Source of the DNA: Intoshia linei
Lineage: Eukaryota; Animalia; Orthonectida
Assembly: GCA_001642005.1 (NCBI GenBank)
Contig: LWCA01000233.1
Location: forward strand, 1-37,848
DNA length: 37,848 bases
Direction: 5' to 3'
Shown: one piece after another, positions 37,489 through 37,848 of the stretch
Position numbering within the stretch: position 1 is the first letter of the stretch
Layout of the letters: each line of letters begins with the position of its first letter
Notes under the pieces: model-generated
What the model saw: the letters and a program-made list of their open reading frames with translations, nothing else
Databases searched by the model: none
Told to the model about the DNA's origin: nothing
Program-made: the position numbers and the translations under genes

Positions 37489-37848
37489 ATGACCTCGGAT
37501 AAACCTACCGCAATGGTACTTCAACCAATAAAAAATAGAGGAGATGTGTCTGACCAGTCCAGTAATGGTGGTAATATTGATAACCAACAAAGTAATCCAA
37601 GCCACGGAAAACTTGAACGCCAAATTACTCTCTTTTCTGGGACAACCGTTATTGTTGGAGTCATTATAGGTTCCGGTATTTTCATTAGTCCCGTTGACAT
37701 GCTTATTGGAACAAAGAGTGTTGGTGTTTCACTTTTAATGTGGGTGATATGTGGAATTATTTCGCTATTTGGTGCGCTCTGTTTCTCAGAATTGGGTTGT
37801 CATATTCGAGATTCTGGAGCATTATACATATATATTCAAAAAGGAATG
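37489..37848 (+). CDS. SLC7 L-type amino-acid transporter (LAT/y+LAT/b0,+AT-like), 5' part, runs off the window
   Basis: MTSDKP...LERQITLFSGTTVIVGVIIGSGIFISP...SVGVSLLMWVICGIISLFGALCFSELGCHIRDSGALYIYI, with the GSGIF and C.AELG..SG.Y-type motifs. Confidence 0.92.
   Translation, partial: MTSDKPTAMVLQPIKNRGDVSDQSSNGGNIDNQQSNPSHGKLERQITLFSGTTVIVGVIIGSGIFISPVDMLIGTKSVGVSLLMWVICGIISLFGALCFSELGCHIRDSGALYIYIQKGM

Noticed and set aside
1-37848. CRISPR arrays, tRNA/rRNA genes, prokaryotic operons
   Set aside because: No regularly spaced repeats or recognisable structural RNA. The window is intron-containing eukaryotic DNA.

Overview
AT-rich, compact animal genomic DNA with many ~30-45 nt GT-AG introns plus larger introns swollen by MITEs. 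This resembles a reduced invertebrate genome such as the orthonectid Intoshia (inference only). Plus strand: mitochondrial co-chaperonin HSP10 (282-1767), an alpha-type (alpha9/10-like) nicotinic acetylcholine receptor subunit (~1869-8899), 40S ribosomal protein S3a (9561-10623) and the start of an SLC7/LAT amino-acid transporter (37489-end). Minus strand: one ~21 kb DEG/ENaC (ASIC-like) gene (~34576-13327). By hand, its 25 exons splice into a continuous frame of about 2,010 aa. The channel's finger region carries an in-frame block of ~1,138 aa of receptor-type modules (PAN/Apple-MAM-Kringle-LDLa-MAM-Cys-rich-MAM[CUB inserted]-MAM) bounded by phase-1 introns. The knuckle region is also expanded to roughly 490 aa. 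This multidomain receptor-channel chimera is the main candidate novel system. Also present are a nested 167-aa orphan ORF, several hAT- and Tc1/pogo-type MITEs with TIRs and TSDs, a multi-copy unclassified repeat, a decayed gag with a PHD-like ORF upstream, and a Tigger/pogo transposase remnant. All gene models are manual splice reconstructions and need RNA confirmation.
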